Positions 1-11,392 of a stretch of DNA of 64,000 bases are shown piece after piece; position 1 is the stretch's first letter; each line of letters begins with the position of its first letter. The stretch comes from Gordius albopunctatus (taxonomy: Eukaryota): contig OZ193909.1 of the NCBI GenBank assembly GCA_964276515.1, forward strand, positions 12,834,001 to 12,898,000. Direction: 5' to 3'. The notes below the pieces were generated by a model that saw nothing but the letters and a program-made list of their open reading frames with translations, was not told where the DNA came from and searched no databases. Made by a program: the position numbers and the translations under genes.

Positions 1-1957
1 GAAGGTAAATTCGCGTGTTAATCTCACAAGCGAACCCACGAGCGGGGACGTAGGATCCGGAATTATCCCAAGCCTCGTCAAACAACACAAAACGCTCTTT
101 AAATGGGGAAAAACTAGCATTACCAAAAAGCCCACCGGGAAGATAGATATAAAGACATCACGACTAAAACCACACCCGCTGATGTCAGAATTCACACTGA
201 AAGTCGCGTTCGAAGGGTTCAAACCTCCCCTAGACCTGCCACTTATACGGCAGAACGGAGGCTTGTTCAAGCCCACTAGAAGGAAGTACATTTCAAAAAG
301 GACGCCAAGCTACTTCACCGCAACGAAAGAAGAGGCCGTTGTATCCGAGACGCAAGCGCTCGCCATCACGTCCTCCACCTTCTTCATAGCCAAGAGCAAT
401 GGGGACGCCAGAGTAATCACCGACTTAGCTGAAGCTTCAAGAAACTTCAGGCACTTGCCGGTTAAGCTGGCTACTATCCCCTTGACGGCAAAATCTTTAG
501 CTAAAGCCAACTACGCTGCCGAAATTGACCTAAAAGCGGCTTTCTTTAGCATCCCCCTCCACAAAAATTACAGGAAATATTGCGGATTCAAGTGGAGGGG
601 AAAGTTGTACCAGTACAATGTCCTGCCAATGGGGGCCTCCTTCAGCCCCTTCGTACTACAAACAATAGTAGCGGACTTGGTCAAGGCCTCAGTCAAGAAG
701 TGCAACTACAATGTATATCTGGATGATATACTGATCTTCGACCAAGCAGAAGACGACGTCACGACAGACTTAGGGAACATCGCCGAGATGGCTAAAGACT
801 GGGGCCTGACGATCAACGTATCCAAGTCCTCGATACTGCCCGAAACAGAGCTGGATTACCTAGGCTTACGACTGGACTTTGGCGCACACAAAATCAAATG
901 CGCAGAGGAGACGAAAGCAAGGCTCGTTCATGCTGGGGACATCTTATATCTCTTCTTGTCAACAGAAGCTCCGCCAACGGACTATACGTTGTTAGAAGCA
1001 CTGGGCGTGATGAATTATTTTTTCTACAACCTGACGGGAATGCCTAAACAATTCTCAGCATTTTACTCCCTGTCAACAGGGAAAGGAACGGCCCATGATA
1101 GACCATTAGCACACGGGAAACTAACAGGTTGCCTGGCCCTGCTCCACCTAACCATACCGCTATACCATGAGCACGATAAAACCATCTACGCTGACGCGTC
1201 CGACACCCATATTGGCATATCTTTGAATGACGAGAAATTCTCCGTGACGTTTGAACAAGCGGCCGAAGCAATAGGGCTAGACTGGGTAAACACAAACCAC
1301 ATAACCGCCTCGGAAAAGGTAGCTGCGATCTACGCGTATTTGGTAGCGTTTCACAATGGGGCCTGCTACTTAAAGGTTATCACGGACTCCACCACAGCTT
1401 ACTTCGTGCTGAGGAAGGGAGGATCGAACTCCCCCGTAGTGGAGAAAATTATAGCCAGTTTTGTGGCCACGTACAACGTCTCACACTTGCTCAGGCTACA
1501 CTTTAACCTGGGCTGGATTTCAACAACGTAAAACCCAGCTGATGAGCCATCACGATGCTGGATGCCCAAAGACCGCAATAACGTCCCGGCCAACGTAAAC
1601 GATGAATCGTTCGACATACCCGACTTAGAGAATATCGAGGAAGAAATCGACCTGGGATTCTGGGAAAACGAAAATGTTAGCGGGGAAGAAGGGGAAAACA
1701 GAACAAACCCCATAGACACGTGACCAAGTCCTATATAAACGCGCACCGAACAATCACTCGCTCTTTTTCCTTCGCTCATCATATTTGCTCCCACGTTCAT
1801 ACGCATTTTGCCCCCTTTACTTTTACTCTTACGATTTACCCTAAAATTTTCGTTTTTTATATCATATATGGTGTAGAGTAAAAAACAATAAACGTTCCTG
1901 GTAGAACAATAGCGAAACCAGGGGATCTGGAGGAAGGGCCTAACCCTTCTTGCAGAT
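1..1957 (+). mobile_element. Retroelement copy 1 (hepadna-like/DIRS-like RT-RNase H); 5' part lies outside the window
   Basis: Frame open from base 2 through RT (IDLKAAFFSIPL, LPMGASFSPF, YLDD, GLTINVSKS, YLGL) and RNase H (YADAS, ITDS). After TAA at 1529-1531 the same frame continues NPADEPSR to TGA 1721-1723. A TATA-containing repeat (1730-1850), AATAAA (1887-1892) and terminal hairpins follow. Confidence 0.85.
2..1723 (+). pseudogene. RT-RNase H polyprotein of copy 1, with one premature stop at 1529-1531
   Basis: ORF 182-1531 has an in-frame upstream extension (KVNSRVNLTSEPTSGDVGSGIIPSLVKQH) matching the N-terminal domain of copy 2. The stop lies just before NPADEPSR, where copy 2 has a Leu codon. 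Confidence 0.8.
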
Positions 1958-2010
1958 TAATTAATTGGCCCTTCCTCCAGATCCCCTGGTTTCGCTATTG
2001 TTCTACCAGG
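1897..2010. repeat. Perfect 44-bp inverted repeat with 26-bp spacer at the tail-to-tail junction
   Basis: cctggtagaacaatagcgaaaccaggggatctggaggaagggcc at 1897-1940 and its exact reverse complement at 1967-2010. It extends imperfectly to 1883/2024. Confidence 0.95.
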
Positions 2011-2231
2011 GGCGTTTATTGTTTCTACTCCATGTTATATATATTATAAAAAGCGAAAATTTCGGGTAAATCGCGGAGCAAAAGTAAGAAGGGGGCAGAA
2101 TGCGTATAAACAAGGGAACACAATAATATAAGCGTAGGAGAAATTCGAGCGAATAATGGCGATGGTGTGAATTTGGTTTATATAGGGCACGGTCACGTGT
2201 CCCAGGGGTTTTGATCTGTTCTCCCCTTGTC

Positions 2232-4796
2232 CTACGCTAAGTTTTCGCTTTCCCAAAAGTCTATGTCGATATCTTCCTCGATGTTGCTTAAGTCGGGCAG
2301 GCTGAAGGATTCGTTGGCGAGGTTGCGATCTTTATCCATCCAACATCTCGAGGGTTCATCGGCTGGATTCAGTGTTGTCGAGATCCATCCTAGATTGAAA
2401 TGCAGCTTGAGCAGGTGCGAAACGTTATAGGTGGCCACGAAGCTGGCCACGATCTTTTCTACTATAGGGGAGTTCGAGCCCCCTTTCCTTAGTACGAAGT
2501 AAGCCGTTGTCGAGTCGGTGATCACTTTAGGGTATTGAGCACCGTTGTGAAAAGCCACCAAGTAGGCGTAAATTGCTGCCAACGTTTCCGATGCCGTTAT
2601 ATGGTTCGTGTTGATCCAGTCCAACCCAATGGCGTCAGCTGCTTGGTCGAACGTTACCGAGAACTTCTCATCGTTCCAGGATATTCCGATGTGCGTGTCG
2701 GATGCATCTGCGTATATAGTTGCGTCGTGTTCTTGGTACAGTGGAATCGTGAGGTCTAGTAGCGCTAGACACCCTGCTAATTTTCCTTGTGCCAAGGGCC
2801 TATCGTGGGCCGTACCTTTTCCCGTTGTTAAATAGTAAAATGCGGAAAAGAGCTTGGGCATTCCCGTCAAGTTGTAGAAGAAGTAATTCATTACTCCCAA
2901 CGCCTCCAATAATGTGTAGTCTGTCGGGGGCATATCCGTTGAAAGGTAGAGGTATAAAATGTCTCCAGCATGGACAAGCCTCGTCTTGGTTTCTTCCGCG
3001 CACCTGATTGTGTGGGAGCTGAAGTCGATCCGAAGGCCCAGGTATTCTAGCTCTTCTTCTGGTTGTATGGATGACTTAGACATATTGATCGTCAATCCCC
3101 AGTCTTTCGCCATCTCGGCGATGTTTCCTAGATCCGTTGAGACGTCTTCCGCCTCTTCGGCGAAGATTAGGATGTCATCTAGGCAAACGTTGTAGTGTCA
3201 CTTTTGAAATGAGGATTTGACTAAGTCGGCCACTATCGTTTGTAGTACGTATGGGCTAAACGATGCTCCCATCGGCAGTACGTTGTACTGGTATAATCTT
3301 CCCCTCCACTTGAAGCCGCAGTACTTTTTGTAGTTTTTGTGGAGGGGAATGCTGAAAAAGGCCGCTTTTAGGTCGATTTTTGCAGCGTAGTTCGCTTTTG
3401 CTAGAGACTTGGCTGTCAATGGGATGGTAGCCAATTTAACCGGAAGATGTCTGAAGTTTTTCGAAGCTTCAGATAGATCGGTAATCACCCTGGCGTCCCC
3501 ATTGCTTTTAGCTATGAAGAAGGTGGAGGACGTGACGGCGAACGCTTGCGTCTCGTAAACAACGGCCGCTTCTTTCATAGTGGTGAAGTAGCTTGGCGAC
3601 CCTTTCGAGATGCACCTCCTCCTAGCGGGCTTGAACAAGTCTCCATTTTGCTGAATTCGTTGCAGGTCTAGGGGAGGTTTAAACCCTTCAAATGCCACTT
3701 TGAGTGTAAATTCAGACATTAGAGGGTGTGGCTTCAACCGTGATGTTTTGATATCAAGCTTCCCTGTTGGTTTTTTGGAGATGCTTGTTTTACTCCATTT
3801 GAAGAATGTTTTATGTTATTTAATTAGGCTTGGGATAATCCCCGAGCCTGCATCCCCGCCTGTTGGTTCATTGGTGGGGTTGATCCGTGTGTCTACCTCC
3901 GCCGGCGGTTTAGAATGTTCTTGTGGTGGTGTGTGCGCAGGTTGGTCAGTATCGTCGATTGGCGCTGGGGAGAATAACTTTCGGCGGGTTTCCCTTAGAA
4001 AGTCTTTGATAGCCTTCCACCACTCGGGAGATTCCTGGCCTTCGTCCCCATTGAGAGTCAATTCGCCCGAAGGCCCGTACTCCCAACGACGGACCGTTTG
4101 CTTACGAAGTTTACGAACGCGGGGCAGGGGCCGCGTTATTCTTGAAGTGTCGGCCCGGCTTACTGCCTCGGCTCCTGCCAGCGCTTGTAAAAACGATTTC
4201 TTAGGGGATTTGGGGACAGTCACGTCCACGTTCTGGAATCCCATTTGTGAGAGCCATGTGGTGTCATGCCTTATGGCCGTGGCCAAGTTAAACTTTATAG
4301 CGAGGCATAGCGTCTTTAGCTGCTTGTCGTGGGCTGCCAGGACTTCCATGGCTAGGATGGCGTATTTGGCCTCATGCCTATCTCTTTTTTGGACTTTTAT
4401 GTCCGGGTCTATTAATAGGTCGCTGAGCCCTTGGGTCTGCTTGGCTATGTCCTCGTATATCGCTGTCGGCGTTTTGGGTTGATCCGGCGCAGGTACTATT
4501 TGTACCGTAGATGGCATTTGGGGCGGTGGTGGCGCCAGCGGAGTTGGTTCTTGCCTTGCTAAGGAACCAACTACCGAGAGAGAAATTTCTAGCATTTCTC
4601 TCATGGCATTTCTCTGCCTTTGATTCGCTCTGGCCGCTTCGGCGTTGTTCCTCGCTTGCTCCCGTTGAAATTCCACCAATTGTGCTATCAACTCCGTTGG
4701 GCCTGCACCGGGTACCCCTGGTATAACAGGGCTCAACGGAGGACTGGCCATGGATTGCTCCCCTTGGTTCCCTCCACTTTTTCCGGTTTTAGGCAT
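2232..4796 (-). pseudogene. ~855-codon single-frame protein: coiled-coil/Pro-rich/basic N-terminal domain + RT + RNase H
   Basis: ORFs 3816-4961, 3198-3737 and 2232-3113 share one frame and are separated only by TAA (copy 1 has CAA at 83-85) and TGA (copy 1 has TGC). The catalytic motif reads CLDD instead of YLDD. Confidence 0.8.
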
Positions 4797-4815
4797 ATAT
4801 GGCGGAAAAGGTGAA

Positions 4816-4942
4816 AAAATTTTAGGGTAAATCGTAAGAGTAAAAGTAAAGGGGGAAAAATGCGTATGAACGTGGGAGCAAATATAATGAGCGAAGGAAA
4901 AAGAGCGAATGATGGTGATGGTGCGGTGCGCGCTTATATAGG
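4816..4942 (-). promoter_or_regulatory. TATA-containing terminal repeat, putative promoter of the retroelement; homologous to 1730-1850 (+) and 2056-2186 (-)
   Basis: cctatataa followed by ~120 bp of pyrimidine-rich sequence ending gatttaccc(t/g)aaatttt in all three copies; it lies just upstream of the ATG. Confidence 0.7.
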
Positions 4943-5077
4943 ATAATTGGTACAGATACAAATTTCAACGAATTTTGACTAAAACTGCATACAATACCAG
5001 CAGTTGGTTTATCCCTACAAGAATGCAGTTCTTATAGCTTCAAAAAATGAAATTAAACGTAAATAACTTCAACTAAC

Positions 5078-7990
5078 CGGAGCTATGCTGGTAAAAGAGG
5101 TGTATGCATCATCCGCACGAACGTGTTCATACATTTTGGATAGGGCCCTAGCCCTAAGCCAACCCCAAGGCCGACGCTCGTATAAATTAAGGCACCAATT
5201 GGCTAGGTCTAATAACTTAGAATGCGGCGTGTATACATCGCCCGGATCTACGTTATTCCTTTGAGCAGACCACACTACACCATCGTAATTCTCTAAACTA
5301 CCGTACAGCTCCTTCGAAAGATTGAAAAATAAAGGATATTAATTATTCATTGATCAATTAATGTCAAGTATTTAACACAATTATATAATGCAAATAATAA
5401 TCAATTAGACGAATCTAATGATATAAAATGGAAAAAATAATGTGTGGCATCAGAGACCAGAAAAGCCGTGGTAAATTTAGATTTTCGGAGGGGCCTCATC
5501 ATAGGGCACCATATCAAGGCTTGAGAAATTTGAGCTTACTCAATTTTTTTCTTATTTTTTTTCTTATTAAGTTGACACGTTTTTATTTGGTTGTAAAATA
5601 TTTAATAATCTCAGTTCTTAGCAAAAACATCAATATTTTTTCGAAATTTGGATAGTTCATAGGAGGGTTTGAGCGGGTTCAGAAGGGCAATTTTGTTATA
5701 AAATTGAGCCAGAGTGGACTTGGGCAGAAAAATTTAAACAAATTAGACCTTTATATGCGCAATGTTAAAACCTTACAGCACTTTAATAAAATTGTATTTT
5801 GCATTGAATATAAAATAACCTACTTTCCTCAATTCCAGTATAATGTCTGGCAGGGCTGGGCAGCCCTTTTTACCTAAGGCTATCCTGTGTCCGTAACAAT
5901 AAGCCATAGGCAAGTACAGTTGCCTGCAATGACACCATATTCTCGAGGGATGAAAGGGTAAGGCTTCGGGCACGCACCTAGTGTTGGTAAACGGCTAAAC
6001 TTTAACCAAATCTATATAGAATACAAGCCGCATGACGCTTAAGTTAGGACCCGGGCCGGGCCCAGGCTCGTAAATTTTTATAAAGGGCGGATCGACTGAC
6101 CTTAAAAAGCCCGTTGCAGGTTTCTAGTTTAAAGTGTGTTAAAATAGTTCATGTTGATTTGGCCAAATTCTAATCAACTAAACAATATCAAGGGTTAAAT
6201 TCAAACAATAGATTTAGCAATCGAGACAAAATGATTTTACACGAAGGAAAGGAAGGCTTAGGTTAAAAAAGAAGCCATATGGTATACGATTACTAAGGTT
6301 ATAACCTTAATTTAAATATGGCTGGGTAAATCTGGAAATTCATTCAAAAACAAAACGTTGTCATGGCTTTTCCCTGAGGGCTTGCCTTGGGTTCGGGCTG
6401 GCTCAGCAGACCGAACCCGAACCCGTTATTGCAACATTTTTTTTCGAAAAACTCCAAATAGTTGTGAAGAATAATAAGTAAAGGAAGTTTTAGCTGAATG
6501 TCAATCCTAGCAATATACCACAATTCGGGGAACAGAGTGTTCATCCCGTCATACTCGTATAAGCCTATCAGGCTAAGCAAGAATTTGGCCCAGGCTGGGA
6601 CCGCAAGTGCAACTAGCTCCTCATTTTGTAAATCTTTTTGGTTGAGTGACCTGTTTTTTGAAGGTAAATTATATATAAGACTAAAAGTAATGTGCCAAAC
6701 TGCTTTATAAAAATGTAGACTAAAATTTGTCATTTGAACTTAAAAATTGACTTAACATCCTTACTTCAATAATCTTATTTAAATCATATCAAATTTAATA
6801 ATACACAATCAAATTAATTTTATGAAATAATTAAATATATTATATTTTTAATGTTTATTATAAAATTAGTTAAGGGGGTTTTAATGAAACAATTATTATT
6901 TGATTTGAAATTAAACATCTATTTATAATAAATATTTATGTTTTGTCTAAATGTTTTATTATATATGTTTTAGGAGGAACAAATTAAATTATTGATTAAC
7001 ATGGGCTTTGATAAGTGGTATAACTACCTTTATTCCTCTAAACAAAGATTTTTTAAACATTATCTATGCCAATTATCATTTATAACAATCTCCCCAAATC
7101 ATAGCTATAGACCAATCAAGAAATTAAAGTAAAAATCATTCAATTTGTTTTAAATTAATGGATAATTAATATGAATTAAAATTTAAAGAATAAAAAATAA
7201 AAATGTGGCATACCTTGAATTGGTAGAAGATTGATTTTTAAGGTAAATAAGAGAATCCACCAAAACTTTATCATCAGATGAAACTCCTAGCAATCGCAAA
7301 CACACATAATAAAGGATTGTTGTAAATCGATAGGACTCATCAGAATCATTATTATCCTGAACACCGAGATGATGAAAATTCCAACCACCTCCGGGATATG
7401 CAACATTTTTAATATAACAAATGATTGCTTTCTTGTAAGCATTAAAGCTTACATCAAAGATGTTATCCTGATCATTATTTAATTTACCTATAATTTATAA
7501 CAAAGGCTTTAATTGTCAACATTTTTTATTAATTTTATAAATAAGTAAAAAAAATCTAAAACACATTTTGCAACAATATAAATTAATTTTATAAATCCAA
7601 TTAATGTACCTTTATGGTGATAAACAAAAAATTGTGTAAATAGAGCACAAGGTATCAAAAAGTTAGGTCCACTATAATCACCAGGCCAATGTCCTGAAAC
7701 AGGACATTGAAATATACTAATAAAATCAATAGCCTTTTCAATACATATCGTGATATTGTGATAGGCATTCTCATTTTCATATTTTTCCTTAAAATAATTT
7801 GACAAGTCAGTTCCTAAATGATATCTTTCAAGTAAAGTTTGATCATTGGATAATGCATTTTCATCAAAATACCAAGTATACTGTTCATTTGTTAATTTTA
7901 ATTTCCATTTCTCAGGGTTATTAAGCATGGTAAATGCTTTATTTTTGCTTACATTTGATTTTCGAAAGGATTTCCTTTTAAGGCTAATTA
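5078..7990 (-). CDS. LSS: Lanosterol synthase / oxidosqualene cyclase, 5' exons (about 7990-7611, 7488-7215, 6640-6515, 5980-5822, 5311-5078); 3' exons presumably left of the window
   Basis: Colinear motifs GHWPGDYSGPNFL, GGW, YVCLRLLGV, AVPAWAKF..MNTLFPELW, HPSRIWCHCRQLYLPMAYCY, WSAQRNNV..YTPHS and YEHVRADD match the LSS N-terminal half. AG/GT boundaries flank exon 5311-5078. Confidence 0.9.
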
Positions 7991-9739
7991 AATATCTTAA
8001 TTAGGTATTCAGAAAATTGATAAAAACTACCGAGTATTATTTGGTTTATAAAATATTTGAAATAAATTTAAGGATACATACGCTACAACTACAATTAAAA
8101 TTAAAACAATCATATTTGCTATATTTCAAATCATGTGGCTAAATATGGAGTTGCCATTTATATACATGGACAATTTAATACTGTAAAGTCAATACAGTTT
8201 GATCACACGCTAGGCTGACTAGAGGGTACCGACGGGCTTTGAACAAAAATATTTAACAGGCTGGGATCGGGCGCATTAAAAAAGTTTCAAAACGGGCTCG
8301 GGCCTAAATTCTAGTAACGGGTCATAAAATCTATATTACAAATTCTAAATATGAATTCCTAGTATTTAAAACAAAAAATAATTATGACCAAAAATAATTT
8401 ATTGATCTTAATCCTTATATTAAACTGGAAATTGTGTATATTTATTTAATTATTGCACTAATTTAGGAAGATTTACATTTAACTTTAATATATTTAGCTT
8501 TTTGTGCTAAATTCATTTTCAAAAAGCTGCTCATATTTTACATTATTTTTTATTATGGGCCTACAATCTTACATAATATTTTAAAGTAGCTTCTCTATTT
8601 TAAAGCTAAATAGAAAAAGTTTAAGATTTTTAATAATGCATTTCAAAATTAATGTATAAAATGGTAGCTAATTAAATTTAGTATTTTAAAGGTTTGCAGC
8701 TTAATTGACTTTCGACAATATCCAAAAATTAAGATTAGACTTAGAAATAACTGGCACAACTATGGACGTCTGGATACCTAATTACACAATGATCTTTAAC
8801 GCTAAGCATTCATTCGAATTTATATATAATAACCTTCGAAAAAGTCTTTTTTACACAATTTTAATAAAAAAAATTAGGGTATAATATTAAAAATTTGAGC
8901 AAAATTTTGGTAATAATATTTTTTACGCATCAGGTGTGGATTATCGTTAAACTCATCAGAATAGTAATCTCATCTCGTCTCGGGTGCCATTATGAGAATC
9001 TCTGTCTTGCTTCCTCTCGGCCTAGAACAATCTCGATCTCGTCTCAAAATTTAAAAAAAATTATGCAATCTTATTATCCCCCCTAATTTATTTAATTATT
9101 AAATAAACAAAAAATTTAAGAAAATTTAATTGGAGATCCATTTTTTTAATTCAAAAATTTTATAAGCATGTCATTTACATATTTTAACTAGCTAGGTCCT
9201 TAGTTAGCATTGGCAAAATTTAGTAATGCCTTTAAATAAATAATTAACCAGAATTGTAGCTATCTGATATAACCGTCATCAGTTCGTTCCTAAATAATTT
9301 ATTGCATGTTTATTATATTGTAATAGAAACCTAAAAGATACGAGTGGATACTTTTTATCATTGTTCATAATATGTGCAATTAGTTGAACACATTACAACG
9401 TTATAATAACACCAATAAAAGTAGCATTGTTACTGGAGTAAGAACATAAGTGTTCTGAGGTTTTTTATAAATTATTTATAAATATATAATTTTTTGACAA
9501 ATACTTTTACATTTAAAAAGTAAACGATTCTATTATAGTGTAGGCACATATTTGTTCCAAAATATTGGCTCGAATTTTTTTTATACTTTTGCCATAAAAT
9601 TTTATTAAAGCTTATGCACATAGATTCTAGTATATTGAAAAATTTCCATATTTAAAGAAAATTAGTGGATTTGAATGCACCTGCCACATTCCAAAACAAA
9701 GGGATAATGCAATTTATGGAGTGAGAATAAAAAAGGGAT

Positions 9740-9880
9740 ACCATGAGTTTAAGCATAATCTCCGAGCAGACTCATGTTTTAATCTATTGAGGTTTCCGGA
9801 TAGTGAAAGATGCTTTCGAAAATAATCGTTCAGCAGATACAGAAGTCTCTGGGGAGCTTATAAAATCTTCAGCCATAGTA
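9740..9880 (-). pseudogene. hAT transposase C-terminal dimerisation-domain remnant
   Basis: Translates as SSPETSVSAERLFSKASFTI followed by stops. Confidence 0.6.
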
Positions 9881-11392
9881 GCCAAATTTATATACTTATT
9901 TTTAATTAACCACCGATTAATCACATAAGTAAGGACGATGTAATTTTTGCAAAATTTGAAAAAGCTTTTCAGAACTTATTTTAAGCCTATATGTTTATAA
10001 CCAATATTTTTGAATTTTCCGCATGGTTAAGGCAACAAACTCAAAAAAACGTAAAAACTACTAAACAGAGCAAGGAAAACAACATTTTAACTCAGGACTA
10101 ACAAGTCATAGATTGTTGAGAAGAATACTGAATTATTAAACAGTTAAAAAGGTCTTTTGACCATTGTGATAGCAAAACTAGGAATAGATTCTAAGTTAAA
10201 AGTGGCAGAAAAAGTTGACCAGATGCTTACAAAGATGAACATGTATAAAGCGGTGGGACCTGATAACATACCTAAGGTTTTAAAATGTTGAGGTTTTTTA
10301 AACAAATTACTTGCAAGTGGTAGGAGCTTGGTAAATGGAAGGAAAGCTATAAAATAAAGGGAGATGTACAAGAGTGTAATAACTATAGGGGGCTTATAGA
10401 AATCAAGCCAGCCCATATATTAAATGATTTGGAGCTAAGAGCAATTAGCCATTGACAAACGGCTAAACGACAATTAACTATTCACCCACCCACCTTACAT
10501 ATAGTAAATAGAAATACATCTAGTGATGAGGGTTTGCCAAAAAAATACAGTCGAAATTGTATAAGTGAGAATCGGATAAATGCAAATATTTATAAATGAT
10601 AAATAACCGCAATTTTTTAAACACATTGCCTAAAATTTACGTTAAATCTACTTATAAGTGAGAATTGGTTAAATGCTTAAAATTCGATAGACTTCTAAAT
10701 TATTAACAATATACAAAACACAACTACGCTTGCTTCTAATAATTTTCATATCTGCCAATTTATTAAGGTTTAAAATTTGTTTACTAAATCCGTTTCATTC
10801 CACCCCAACTTTTAAACTCTTATACTCAAATTATAATGATTTTGAAACTGGCTTCCCTCAACACCCAAACACTAAAAGAACCAGGAACCTTGCAGGCCCT
10901 TATTTAGTTGCCTCCCACCACAAAATCCATATTTTTTGTGTACAACAGACTAGATATTCACAACGCAAAGTTCTCCCCGTTAACGAATATAATTTTTATT
11001 CCACGGACTGCGGCCTAGATGCAACAGGGGTAGGTATTCTTATGAAAAGGGACCTCAAAGTGGTTAGCATCGACTAATCATTCACTTAAAAATAAAAAAT
11101 CGTTTATCAATTTTTAACATATACGCTCCCCCCTCTTCCAAAAATTCTCAATCGATGGAATCCCTCCTCCAAAACATCACAGATAAATTTAAAGCTAAAC
11201 ATCTTAATATCCTCGTCGCTGACTTCAATGCCTCCGTCCAGCGTTCATTGTGTGATAATAATTTAATAATTGGCCCTAATTCGATAGGGCCGACTAACCG
11301 AAACGGTAAACTGCTTAAAAAATTCTGCTACAAACACAAACTAAAGATAACCTCAACTTTTTCCGACCTTCCTTTAGATAACCTATTCACAT

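Larger units (their letters stand above)
1967..4960 (-). mobile_element. Retroelement copy 2, apparently full length: 5' repeat, single ORF, 3' repeat, AATAAA, hairpin
   Basis: 5' repeat 4816-4942, ATG at 4796, 3' repeat 2056-2186, AATAAA at 2020-2015. Protein is colinear with copy 1. Confidence 0.85.

Noticed and set aside
1538..1600. ctgatga as a hammerhead ribozyme core
   Set aside because: It is the coding sequence for ADE in NPADEPSR, has no correctly placed GAAA or stems, and is not conserved in copy 2.
1895..1930. Hairpin-ribozyme-like words (cctggta, accag)
   Set aside because: Spacing is too short to hold the loop A domain, and the loop B consensus is absent.
3700..4482. 260-aa antisense ORF over the retroelement N-terminal domain
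   Set aside because: No ATG start and no recognisable motifs; likely a shadow of the sense frame, and conservation cannot be tested here.
10547..10690. TA-cagtcgaa Tc1/pogo-like end pairing with ttcgactg-TA at ~44960
   Set aside because: More likely two separate MITE fragments than the ends of one 34-kb element; no transposase found.
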